A DNA stretch of 64,000 bases from Octopus bimaculoides (taxonomy: Eukaryota), in the NCBI RefSeq assembly GCF_001194135.2, contig NC_068989.1, forward strand, positions 59,441,737-59,505,736, read 5' to 3'. A program made the translations under genes and the position numbers. Each line of letters starts with the position of its first letter. The first letter of the stretch is position 1. This document shows, one piece after another, positions 13,204 through 25,535 of this stretch. A model generated the notes under the pieces. The model was not told the origin of the DNA and ran no database searches. It saw nothing but the letters and a program-made list of their open reading frames with translations.

Positions 13204-13396
13204 CTTAACCAAACAAGATTTAAAAGTCTTTGTTGGGAAGAATTTGAAATGTATGCTGGGAGATAAACAGCGCAATATCCGTGTGCATTTCTCTGCTGAT
13301 TATATCAACCGTGAACCAGAATTTCGTAAAGAAAATGGAAATATGACACTAATGTGGCCTGCCAATACGAATAAGATGCTGTTTAACAATTCCTAA
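13204..13396 (+). CDS. Myo1D: Myosin-I (Myo1D-like) terminal coding exon including stop
   Basis: Long pyrimidine tract then cAG|. Phase-compatible with the previous exon (CA+C=His). Encodes LTKQDLKVFVGKNLKCMLGDKQRNIRVHFSADYINREPEFRKENGNMTLMWPANTNKMLFNNS*, with TAA at 13394-13396. Confidence 0.9.
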
Positions 13397-13687
13397 CTAT
13401 TACTGACTTTTATTGGAATCTTGGATTTGCTGCTGTTTGGCTGTCAAATTGTTGCCATGGTTACATACAACGTATAAAAATTAATCATTCCACCCCAGCC
13501 ACTACTTGGTTCTTCACACACTTTTTTCATTTTTTGACAATAGAAAATAGTTTCTCATAAATCCAAATGTTCTGATGAGAATTGCAATTCTACTAATTAA
13601 AGAGCAACGAATTTTGTTTAAAAAACCAATGACCTGTTAAGTCTTTCATAGTTTCACCTCATGATGAAACACTCATACACACACACA

Positions 13688-13730
<43 letters not shown>

Positions 13731-13984
13731 TTGATAATGGATATATATATTTAATAATGGGCATTTAATCCATAATCATTACTCTAACAAAATATATCCT
13801 GTTTCATGTATGGCTCTTCAGGTGAAACAAAATATATTTTGCTAGATGAATGAATGTAAATTAAATGTTTATTCACTCCCAGATGTATTTTTGAGTTCTT
13901 TATTCTAAGTGGCTGAACATAATTTCTTAGAACTTGTCACCCTCTAGAATAATTGCTAATGGAGAGATGTATAACTAATAATGG

Positions 13985-14020
<36 letters not shown>

Positions 14021-14199
14021 GTATGTATATAAGTGATAATGGATAGGTATGTGTGTCTGTGTACATAATTAATGTATTTGTGTGTATATATGTATGTATA
14101 TATATGCAATGTAATTGGTATACCTATGTACGTTTTTACAGACTATGGGGTTTTAGTTCACTGTTGACCTAATTGAATAGGTACCCTAGGTAAGTGCAG

Positions 14200-14830
14200 T
14201 AATGGATTATTGGCTCTTTCTCCTTGTACCCACCTCACACTTACCTGTCTCCCATTTCCCCTCACCTACCATCCCTCTACCCTACCCCTCCAATGCACCA
14301 TTCTCTGAGCCTTCTGGCGACTCCAGTCCGACCCCTCCACCTCACACATCTTCCCTAACCTACCCCTTCCCTCCTCAGATAAGCCCATAATCTGCAGGGT
14401 CTCCTGGTCCACTGTTTCTTCCCTACCCCTGCCTCCCAGCCTGACTTCTTCCTCTGCTCCCACCCATACTTCGCACCTGCTCCTACTTCTCCAAAACTAC
14501 CATTCTCACAGGCACCCATCACCGTCCCTATCATGCCACTGACTGCTTTACCTGCACCTCTAGTCATGTCATTTTATACATCTTCTGCTCTCTGTCCTTC
14601 CCTGTACTGCTGGGCTGACTGGTTTGCAGAGCATCTCTGGGACATCAGACTCAGCAATGACACCCTGGTCTCACACCATTTCTGTTCTACCGGTCATTCG
14701 CTACAACATCTATGTTTGGACTGTCTGTGCACAGGAGTCACTCAGACACATGCCTTCACCATGAACAGGAATTAATCTTCCCTCTTCATTCCTTTAATCT
14801 TCTCCTTCCTTTCCTTTAATCTTTTCTCTT
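14200..14830 (+). mobile_element. Penelope-like element 3' remnant (GIY-YIG endonuclease)
   Basis: CFTCTSSHVILY..CSLCPSLY..LADWFAEHLWDIR..VSHHFCSTGHSLQHL..EQELIF is a decayed Penelope GIY-YIG domain, preceded by a C-rich tract. Confidence 0.75.
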
Positions 14831-15062
14831 TGTTCCACATGAAAAAGCACACATCAACTGCTACACACGACACATACACATGCGTGCACACATCAAATTC
14901 ACTTGCCCCCACTCACTCATACACACAACTCACACCATTCTCAAATACACACATGCTTGTGCACCTCTTGTTAGGCTCACCATGAATTACCTTACCTTCA
15001 TTCAACCTCTCTTTATTATTATCTCCCTTCCATTCAACCACTTTTTTCCAATGTGTATATAC

Positions 15063-15102
<40 letters not shown>

Positions 15103-15318
15103 CTTTCTATGTGTATGTTTATATATGCCCGTATGTGTGTATGTATATGTATGTGTATATATGTGTGTATATATAACAAGTGTATATATCTGTATATATA
15201 TATATATGCATATATATGTGTATATGTGTGTATATATATNNNNNNNNNNTGTATATATCTGTATATATATATATATGCATATATATGTGTATATGTGTGT
15301 ATATATATGCATACATAT

Positions 15319-15349
<31 letters not shown>

Positions 15350-15355
15350 CTTGTA

Positions 15356-15393
<38 letters not shown>

Positions 15394-15966
15394 AGTATGC
15401 ATGAATAGGCATGTAAGGATATACATATATCTTTGCACTTATGCAAATGTATGTTACATATGTATATGTATGTATACATATGTATATTGTAGTATGCATT
15501 TCTTTGAGCCCAAATCTGAATCATCATGTGTACATGTGTCTGTACACATACTCATGTGTATGTATAATTATTAATTTGTTCATATCTAAACCTTAGCTTT
15601 ACTTTTATCATGTGTTTCATGAAGCAAATGCTAAATTCCAACTTTAAATGAACTCTCACCTGTGGTTCCCTGTAATACCTAGTTATGACTACAGAAAGCT
15701 TGATAGTTTGGATATGCTGCAATGCAGATTCCATTCTTTCCATACAAATCAACATACAAGCACAATAACAGTCTAAGGAAACAGCTGTGTGAATATCAGA
15801 AAAATCCTTACAAATATATTCAAGGAGTTTAAGTTTTAAATATTGCCAGAATCAACTTATACACTCATAACTACTTAGTACACTCCATGTAAAAAGTAAG
15901 GGAATTACTGCATATAAACAAATCATAATTAATCACCATTATGGCAAGTTATATTAGATATTATAT

Positions 15967-16095
15967 CACTAGTGTAGCTAGAGTAGGTGTCACCCCTGGG
16001 CCCCCACAAAAAATACATATTGCCTACAGCAGACCCAAAAGTGGTGCTGCCCAGGATAGACTTCCCCCTCTGCCCCCACTCTAGCTACACTAGTG
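15967..16095. mobile_element. hAT-like MITE
   Basis: Terminal inverted repeats cactagtgtagctagagt / actctagctacactagtg. The 8-bp flanks tattatat / catcatat match at 6 of 8 positions (transitions), consistent with a decayed 8-bp TSD. Confidence 0.6.
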
Positions 16096-17776
16096 CATCA
16101 TATGACATATTTCATTTATATTTGAACAGTACACATATTCTCTGTGTCTCAGGTAATATGACTTCAAGAAATTCAAGGCGTGATATATATATATATTCAG
16201 CATGTCTGTTGCAAACGATATATATAGAAAGGTTTATTATGGCTTAGGAAACCATTTTCTCACTGAGCTCAAAACTATATGAACAAGATTTTTCAACAAA
16301 AACGATATAAATATTAGCTACAGCTGCACAATTGATATAGTTAACTGCTGCTCATGAAGTCTAAGTTATCATCCAAATCTAGCAATATAACATTTTGTCC
16401 ATTTAATGACATATATCACTATGACTCTAATGCATCAATCTAGAATTTTATTAGGTGATAGTATTGAAAAACAAAGAATATAACACTCATTAAACATGTT
16501 AAAAAATAGATACCATAATAAAAATAAATTAAATACTACATATCCAGAAATTGATCTATAATTGAATTCTATTTCCTTATATCAAAATGTCAATAAAATG
16601 CCTTCTCTGTCTTGCAGAAAAGTATGATATTCTTACATGGCCTATTAATAAGCTCTATAGAAAGACAGTACAGAAATACTGTCATGATAATAATTGCTAA
16701 AACAATTTATTATAGCTGCAAACATGATACTTCACTACCGATTGTATGGTAATAGCAACAGATTACATATCACCAATACCATTCCAACCCAAATGATCAT
16801 CAAACAGATTAATCATGTCAAACTGACTGATTATATCAAAGCTGGAAAGAACGCAGCTCATACTTCCATTATAAATTCAAATTTAAGAATATTTGATAAA
16901 CTGATAGTTTGACTAATATTAGAGTAAAGCTTTGAATAGATGAATTTTATTTATGTAATCAATGTTCTTTATCTTGTACTTGTCTACCCAACACACACAT
17001 ACACACACACAAAGTAGTAATAGTGGGTGTATATAGCTTGAACAAAGAAGTGTACACCCGAAAATCATTTCTAATGAGAAATTAAATGTTTAGAAAATAG
17101 GATATTGTTTCCCTCAAATTAATCTCTGTGTGTGTATACATACATTCATGTCTACATATACATAATGATGTGTAGCTGTGTATCTCCCAGATAAATATGA
17201 GTTATATATATACACACACACACACACATTTATATAACAATGTACCTATTTGATAACCTTCAGTTCAGTACACACTTCGTGTTTCCATGCTTAAAAACCT
17301 GAAGATATCCACTCCATAAATGCTTAGTTGCTGTTTTAGCACATAATTTGTTTTTAACCATAGTGCTGTGATTTTTTACCTAGACAACAACATTCACCAA
17401 AAATAATTATATGTATATATATTACAGTATGGTTTCTGGCAGTATTAAAGGGAAAGTAAATAAATGAAACACAGACATGCAGAGTTTTGATTAACTCATA
17501 TGCAAAAATATACTTTCTGGTCATAACTTTGCTTGCTTCAAGATACAACTTTCACTCCAATGTTATGTTTGAATGGTTAGCAATAGGAAAAGCATCCAGT
17601 ATTAAAAATAAATGCTGTGACAAAAACATTAACAATTCATCATTAGGAACATGGAAAAAATTAATATAAAAGATATATGGGTGTGTGTGTGTGAATATAT
17701 ATATATATATAATTTATGCACATATATATGATTTGTGTGTGTATGTAGATATATATATGCATACACATGTGATGTG

Positions 17777-17812
<36 letters not shown>

Positions 17813-20800
17813 ACACTTGGTTTTAATTTTTTATTATTGTCAATCAAACTTGGCAGCAAAAATGTGTACTCAGCTTTACACATTCTAAATAACAGATGAT
17901 GATAATGTGGTTTGTTACTAAATTTATGCCTGAAATATTTTCTGGAGTATAAAATGTTCTAAGATATAAACATTTAATTTCACTCCTGAACCTATGTTAT
18001 TTCCAAATACCAAGGTTACACTTGTATATAGCTCTTTAACACTCTGAAAAGTATTGAATGGAATTCTGATTACAAGAATTATCTTGTGTATATTCCCTGT
18101 AGTGCACTTAGTAATATTGTTCATTGTTCTAGAGTTGTTTATATATACTTTGAAACTTTAAAGTAATGTACCATAAATTGCAGAATATTAGCCAACATAT
18201 GGATTACTTGGTCTTGAGATTTTGGGCTCAACTTACAAGCCCAGGATTGTTGCAAAGTTTTTTATTTTATACTTGGTATATAGATTGAACTATAGTTTCC
18301 AGTAGAATTTTTTCCCCTCAGCTTAAAATATTGACTTTTATGCTGTGATGTATAGCATGTGTTATATACACACTCTACTGAATTTTATCACTGTAATACA
18401 CTCGAAACCTCTGGAGTCGAAACTATTTCTTTATTTCTCACAAAAACAAATACTATATATATTTTATGAAAATCTATGTGATCTCTTAAATTACTTCCAA
18501 AACTGAAGGTTTACTGGTGGTTTTAGTTTCACTATTCAGCTGTGTTCATTCAAATCAAAACATTGCTCTGCAGAAGACAAATCCTTAAAACAAGGCTGTG
18601 TCAGGAATTCTTTCCCAGAGTTTAGGGAACTTTCATTGTAAAAATACACAATTAAATCATATGGAGTAAGATTTCCAATCAAAAGTGATATCATCATGAT
18701 TAAAATTCCTTCCAAGATATTAAGATTTAAATTTTAAAATGGAAGACATTTAATAAGCATTAATATCTGTTGCTATTTTTGTTATTGTTATTGTGTTGAG
18801 GAAACTTAGACTTTGTCATTTTTTCTTATGTGTTTACAGTGTTATTTTGGCTCATAAGTAGAATTCTATCAGGTTCTCAGATACAAACATCAACATCATA
18901 TTACTTTTCCAAATTTTGTTTTATTATCTGACCAATTTACATTTATTCTTAAATCACATTGTTTTTTGGTCTGTTATCTGACAGGCTATGGGTTATCTGG
19001 AAAGTTGTTTTATAACAGAGTATTCAGTATTGAATTTTACATGAAACACTACATAGTACTGCTGTATGTTTCAAGTATTGCTACATAATTACATTTTTGA
19101 ATGTGCCTGTCAAAAAGCACATTTTTCTTTATAACTGTCAAATAAATCTCTAGACCATCTTTATATACATGACATAACCTGCTTGTGTTCAATGCTTTCT
19201 AGAATATCCTCACATTGAAACTTTATCATTAATTTTAGATTGTAAAATATTTTACATTTCACAAAATGTATGCATTTTAAAAGTGTTCCCAAATATAGGA
19301 TATATCATTTAACATGTTTGACTAACACTGCCACTTGAAATTGTTTTATTATGGCTTCTGTTGTTTATAAACAGCAGCTACCCACTTCTGCACTGCAATA
19401 GCAGAATTAGTTAACACCTGATTTGTTTGGTAATTGTAAATATAATTCAAAGTCAACACCAAGTTAATGACATCATAAGTCATTTTTATTTGAAACCTGT
19501 TATTGTTGTTTCTGATTTCCTTTAAATGCAAAAGTTACATCCAAAAATCCACACTGACAAAAACAAAAAAAATGCCAAGAACGCACAATACTGTTTGTTA
19601 TAGATTAGTTGAATGATTTACCATCACACAAACATATATCTAAAATTACTTTTTTAATGATCAATGTCTGTGGAATAAAGTTCATATAATATTTTGATGA
19701 GCCATTTCTCCTTCAAGTGTTTGAAACTAAGAATAGATTTGAAACTTGTTTGTCATGTATGACAATTACAGCACAGGTATCTTAATTCACATATTCCTAC
19801 AGTTATTATTTAGTTGAAATCTCATCAAATTAAAGCCTTCATTCAAATCGTTTAACTAAAAGCTTTCTGATGGCAAAAAGAAATATTTACTTCCACTTTT
19901 TTGTATAATTCAATGTATGGATGTACAAATTATAATCAGAAATGGTTAATCTTAATGCTTGTAGTCCAAACATCCATGTTTGGCTGTAATATTTATGGCT
20001 GCAAAATGCAGTCTTATTGAACAAAATAAATTGCTTGTTTTTTTTTTTTTTCTATTTTTTATGATCACAAGACCAATTAGTTTGTTTCCATTGTTTTTAC
20101 CAATTGTCCAAAAACAAACTTTTTTTTTTTATCACAAGTCAACAATTTAGTCACAAAATATTTTTTTACAGATTAGTCTCCAAACCTCTTGTTTAATCTT
20201 AATGTCTATAATCATAAAATCAAGCTATGATAGTGTTATATGGTTAATAAAGACCAATTGTTTAATCTAAAAACAAACAAAAAATGTTCTGGATTTGAGA
20301 CCAAATATTTTAAACAAAAAGAATATTTTCTAAATAATTTGTTTCCACTGTATATATCCCTGAAAATAAACAGTGTCATGTGTATATATGAAAATATTGT
20401 TGATACCCTCCGGTAAATTCTGCTAGAATATCCTATATGCTGTAATTATCATTCACCTTATTAATTATTCTTATATATTCATTCACTCTTTGTTCCATGA
20501 AGCTTACAAGAATTTGCTGTTTAACATACAGAAATCAATTTTAATTATCCAAATAATGACAATAGTCCAAACATGATGCATATATTATGAAAACATTAAA
20601 AAAAAAAAAAAAACATTTATTGCTTGATTTGCTGAAAGCAAGAAAAAAATGACAAAATATATATTTTATAAAACTAACATTTCTATTTCTTTATTACTTT
20701 GGTATAAATAAACATGAAATGCTTTTGTTCATTTTAAATGTGATTTTTCAATTCAATTTTTGTTTTTCTCTGCAATTATGACAGCATACATAGTTTCCAT

Positions 20801-22693
20801 TTATTCATTTCATTACTTTATGAAAAAACAATCCTTCACTGATTTATACACATATATTTTTCCTCTTTTCCACACACATACACATCAGTGTTTTTGATAC
20901 TATTCACCATCTACACACTCTCTCCTCTTTTTCTGTAAAGACTTTTCCTTATTTTACCAAACACCCTCCACACATCCTACACATTTTCCTACAGTATTTT
21001 TTCCACAACATCAGTTATTCCTACTGATCACTTCTTCCTTTGAAGTGTTTTTATATACATTGTGTGTCAGTTATGATATACAATATCTGTAAATAAACAT
21101 GATACCAGTTTGCAACTACATTAGCGGCTAACATATTTTAGCCATCTGTTACATTAGGGACAGCTCATATTACAAGAGATGCTAATATCCACTGGTACAC
21201 TAGTGTGTTAGTCATATCTTTAGTTTAATTAATTTAGGAGACATGTTCCAATGTCCAGCTGAAGTGTCAATGTATTTACAGCCTCACATTTTTGATGTCT
21301 GTATGCTATACAGATAACGGTTGTTGTCTTTTATGTAACAATTTAATAATAATTCAAGATGTACTCTAAATTAATATTATTGAAATCAGCATGTTCAATA
21401 AAGTAGTGTTTTTAATTTTTACCTCTTTTATGAGAATTTGACACAACTGTTAGGACATTGCTGATTAAGTATAGCTAACTGGACATTGTTTGTCTTGTAA
21501 CAGTACTTTATGGCACAAGACACACACATACACACGTGCACAAAAGTATAGAAAGTCAAGGAGAGAGGGACATTACAAGTTAATAATTGAACACAATTGC
21601 CATAAGCACTTTCCCTCTCCTCGTATACAGAAAAAGACATGCTCAGTCATAAATGGAGAGACAGAGTAGGTAGGGAATAAAGAAACATCAAAATGTCTGT
21701 TGTCAAGTAAATCAGCACTGAATCAGTGATACCAAAACAGCTGTGACATACTGTATTTCTTTTTTAACCAGAGTATCTTTAAAGATGCTATAAAGTTGTT
21801 TTATATACAACTTGAACTTATACTTTGAAATTTTGATATATTAATAATACTAATAATGACATTGATGATAAACTTGATTCATTTCTAAAATAAAGTTAGT
21901 TTAGGGTTCAAAAGATTAGGATTTGTGGCCGGTTGGGGATGGGGACACTTGTTTTTAAAAAAAATAAAACTGAAAAACGCTTGATACATCACAATTCAAC
22001 TAGAAATTAACCATTTGATAGTTTTGTTTTATTTATAGTTTCCAACAACATAATTATCATTCATACATTCTCAAATATTTGTAAAAAATACTGTCTATTA
22101 CATCTGAATTTTCACAGAAAATAATCACTATTCTCTAAATAAATTAGGTGAATAATTCAATTTTAAAAGATGTTACATGTTTCAGTAGTCTTTCTTGTAG
22201 TTCTATCACAGAATGAATTAAGATTTTTATCTCCACTGTAGATTTATTTAGACACACTCTACCTCTTCTATGATGCCAACTTAAAACACCTTCAAGCTTT
22301 TTAAAACAACTGTATGTTTGGAAGAAACACAGAAAAATTGTTTGTCTCAAAATAAAAAGACTGAAAATATTTTGGTATACCTTAGTATGTTTATATTTGT
22401 GTGTGTTTGTGCAAACTTATTGAAGTCCTTTTTCTGTCTTGAAGGATGAAACAAATATTTTTTACTTGAAGTATATCTGTAAAAAGAGCATGTTTTTGTA
22501 AAAATATAAAACCTTGGATGTGGAAACTACATAGATATTTGGCTATAGGAAGCTCTTTGATATGCAGACAATTCTCTACAGAATCAATTTTATCATGTCT
22601 TATAAGAGTTTGTAACCTTCATTTGCATACAATTTTCCTTCTTCACTGAATTAACCTTTATGGTTTTGTTAAGGTGTTTACTGGATTATCTAG

Positions 22694-22911
22694 CCCTTTA
22701 GCATTCCACTAACTGTTAAATATACTGCTTATTTATTCACATTGTTTTGAATTAATCATGCATTATCTCATAGCTCCAAGATATCAATGATGTGATCATT
22801 TATTTTTAAAATGACATTATAGGAAATGTGTGAGAGGCTGGATCTGGCCAATTTGAACATAAAACAGGTAGAATATTTGGGCCAGATATGGTCAGTTTAA
22901 ATGCTAAAGGG
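22694..22911. mobile_element. piggyBac-type MITE
   Basis: TIRs ccctttagcatt / aatgctaaaggg, flanked by ctag and ttag (degenerate TTAA). Confidence 0.55.
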
Positions 22912-23941
22912 TTAGATGAATATATTTACCATTCATAAAATTAACATCAACGTATGTGTTAACATTTGGTTGTCAACTCACTGGTATTCAATAATTAGCT
23001 ATTTTATTAATCACTAAAGGCCTGCTATTTTATTTGAAGTGATTAAAAGGAAAAACCTCAACATAATAATTTGGTTGTCATCTTTGTATTAAAGTAGTAA
23101 CTTTATTTATAACCCAAGGGTACTGAAATGCGCAATCAGTCCTGGCAGGTATGAAACTAGCTCAGTAATCAACTGTTTCAGTCTGAATACCATAACCAAT
23201 CAGTGAATTTTTTTTTTTTCGAAATATTTGTTTCTATTGATTTCTTTTCAAAAGAAACTTTCAGTGTTGAAGTGAAAATACTTTTATTTCCTATTATTGC
23301 AAGTTTTGAATTACTAACCTTGTGGCTATAAGTTCAATCCTTGTTATGGTTAGTATTCCCTTATTCAAGATGAATTATGCTGCTTGCTTTGGTATACCTG
23401 ACTGAAAATAGGTTTCATCTTCACTGACATAATCACACACCACCATATTAATGCAGGAAAATATGTAAAACTATTAAAAATACAACTGAAAAATGTATCG
23501 ATTGTGCTATTAATTGTTTTACTCCCTTTGTACAAAGAACCTCAAGTCTGTATAGAATGTGAATGATTGACGAGTCAACTGGCAGTATAACACTATCAGA
23601 TTGACCAGCTGTGACAATTCCTTCCCAAACGCTTTAAGAGACTTGGAATATTTTAGTAATCCAATGTATTCAGTGATGTGTGATAAGAGTCCAACCATAA
23701 AAATATTTGCTCTCACAATATGTAAATGTTCAGATATTACAACTTGTCCTTTTCATAATTTTAGAAATGTTACATTCTTTCAATTGAATGAGTCTTGTGA
23801 ATTAATGTTTTTAAGTATTCCAATGACTAACACAGTTACAAAACTCTTAGACTCTACTTAAATACTACTACACTGCTTGTTTTTTGTTTTGTCTTATTTA
23901 TTTTTGCACTATAGCTATTTTTTTCTTTAGCAATGCTTGTA

Positions 23942-23997
<56 letters not shown>

Positions 23998-25415
23998 TAG
24001 ACAGGTATGGTTGTGTGGTTAAGAAGTTCACTTCTTATGTTTTCAGGTTCAGTCCCATTACTTTGCACCTTGGAAAAGTGTCTTCTATTAAAGCCCCAAA
24101 TCAGACAAGGCCTTATGGATGGATTTGGTAGAAAGAAATTGAAAGAAGCCCATCAGGTGTGTGTGTGTTCTTGTCATGATAGTTGTAAATGAGTGTAAAC
24201 ATCATATTAACAGTGTTCTTTGTTTCCAATCTTCTGTGAAAACATGCCTGGTTATGGGGAAATATTACCTTAAACGAAAACAAGTGAGTGTTGTCAATAG
24301 GAAGGGCATTCAGCCAATCAAATCTGCCTCAACAAATTCTGACTTAAGCCAGCAGAAAAGTGAACATTAAAACAATGATGCATGTGTGTGTATAACATAT
24401 ATATATATATAACTATTAAAGTTATATAGTTTTAATACAAATTATATGGCATTGGTTAATTTTCTGTACATTAGATATTATACAAAAAGACTATAAAAAG
24501 ATAAGTAAACAGATCATCTTACAAATAGATAAAATATTGTTTTAATCCATCTTTCAGTGAACTACAGGGAGCTTTATTGATCTTTGATGATGATATTCAC
24601 ATCTAGTTTCTCTATTAATTGGATTAATTTGTGTGAGAAGTGGATCTTTCTGCTGGAAACAATAGGTTAATGCTGTAAATTATTCCCAGATTGTTTCACT
24701 GACATATTTCTGAGTTAGACAATTAGAAAAGTATTTCATGAAACTGAGAAAACAAACCTGCTTGTATCAAGAGGTAAGTTCACAACACAATAGATTACCC
24801 AACACTCACATGGGACATGAATATTCTGGCAAGGATTGAAGAAAACAAAGTAACTGAAGGTCGATAGGATATAAAGAAAGGATTGTTTTGTGATATTTAT
24901 CAACAATATAGCTAGGCACAGACGTGATTATGTACATAAGAAGCATACTTCCCAACCATGTGGTTTTAGGTTGTCTCACAGTGCTGCACTTTGAGCAAAT
25001 ATCTTCTAACCACACGCTGGCCAAATCCTTGTGAATGGACTTGATAGACAAACTGAAAGAAGCCCATCATAGTGTGTGTGTGTGTACCCTTGTCTTGACA
25101 TCATATGTTGGAATATCATCGTCATACACAAATATTGTTTGTTTACATTCCATGGAAATTATGTCAGGCCATGAAAAAGTGGGCATAAAACCAATGATGA
25201 TGACATTTGGCTTAAAGATTTTATTTTTTATTTTTTTCTCTTGTATCCTCAAGTTAGCACTGAACAAAGCAAGTATTTGATGAAAAGGCATTCTAGTTTT
25301 GACCTTCTCCATTTATGTTCCTATGTACAGTACTGGTTCTGCCTTTCAACTTTCTAGAATCAATAAAATAGTGCCAATCAAGTACTTACAATTGATCTAA
25401 TTAACCATATCCTAT

Positions 25416-25535
25416 TTCCATAACTTTATTACTACTATCTTTTATTAAATGGTGTGCTGACTGTTTGTCTACAGTACTGTAGACAAACAGTCAGCACACC
25501 ATTTAATAAAAGATAGTAGTAATAAAGTTATGGAA
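25416..25535. repeat. Perfect 120-bp palindrome (60-bp arms, no spacer)
   Basis: ttccataactttattactactatcttttattaaatggtgtgctgactgtttgtctacagt|actgtagacaaacagtcagcacaccatttaataaaagatagtagtaataaagttatggaa. Arms checked base by base. Confidence 0.97.

Noticed and set aside
15181-15308. Exact ~59-bp direct repeat on both sides of a 10-N gap
   Set aside because: Typical overlap left unmerged by a scaffolder; an assembly artefact rather than a biological repeat.
14880-15527. Many long 'ORFs' rich in YI/HT/CV (also at 33-35, 43.6, 46.4-47.1, 48.4-49.1 and 58.8-59.3 kb)
   Set aside because: They are translations of (TA)n, (CA)n and (TATG)n microsatellites and N gaps, not proteins.
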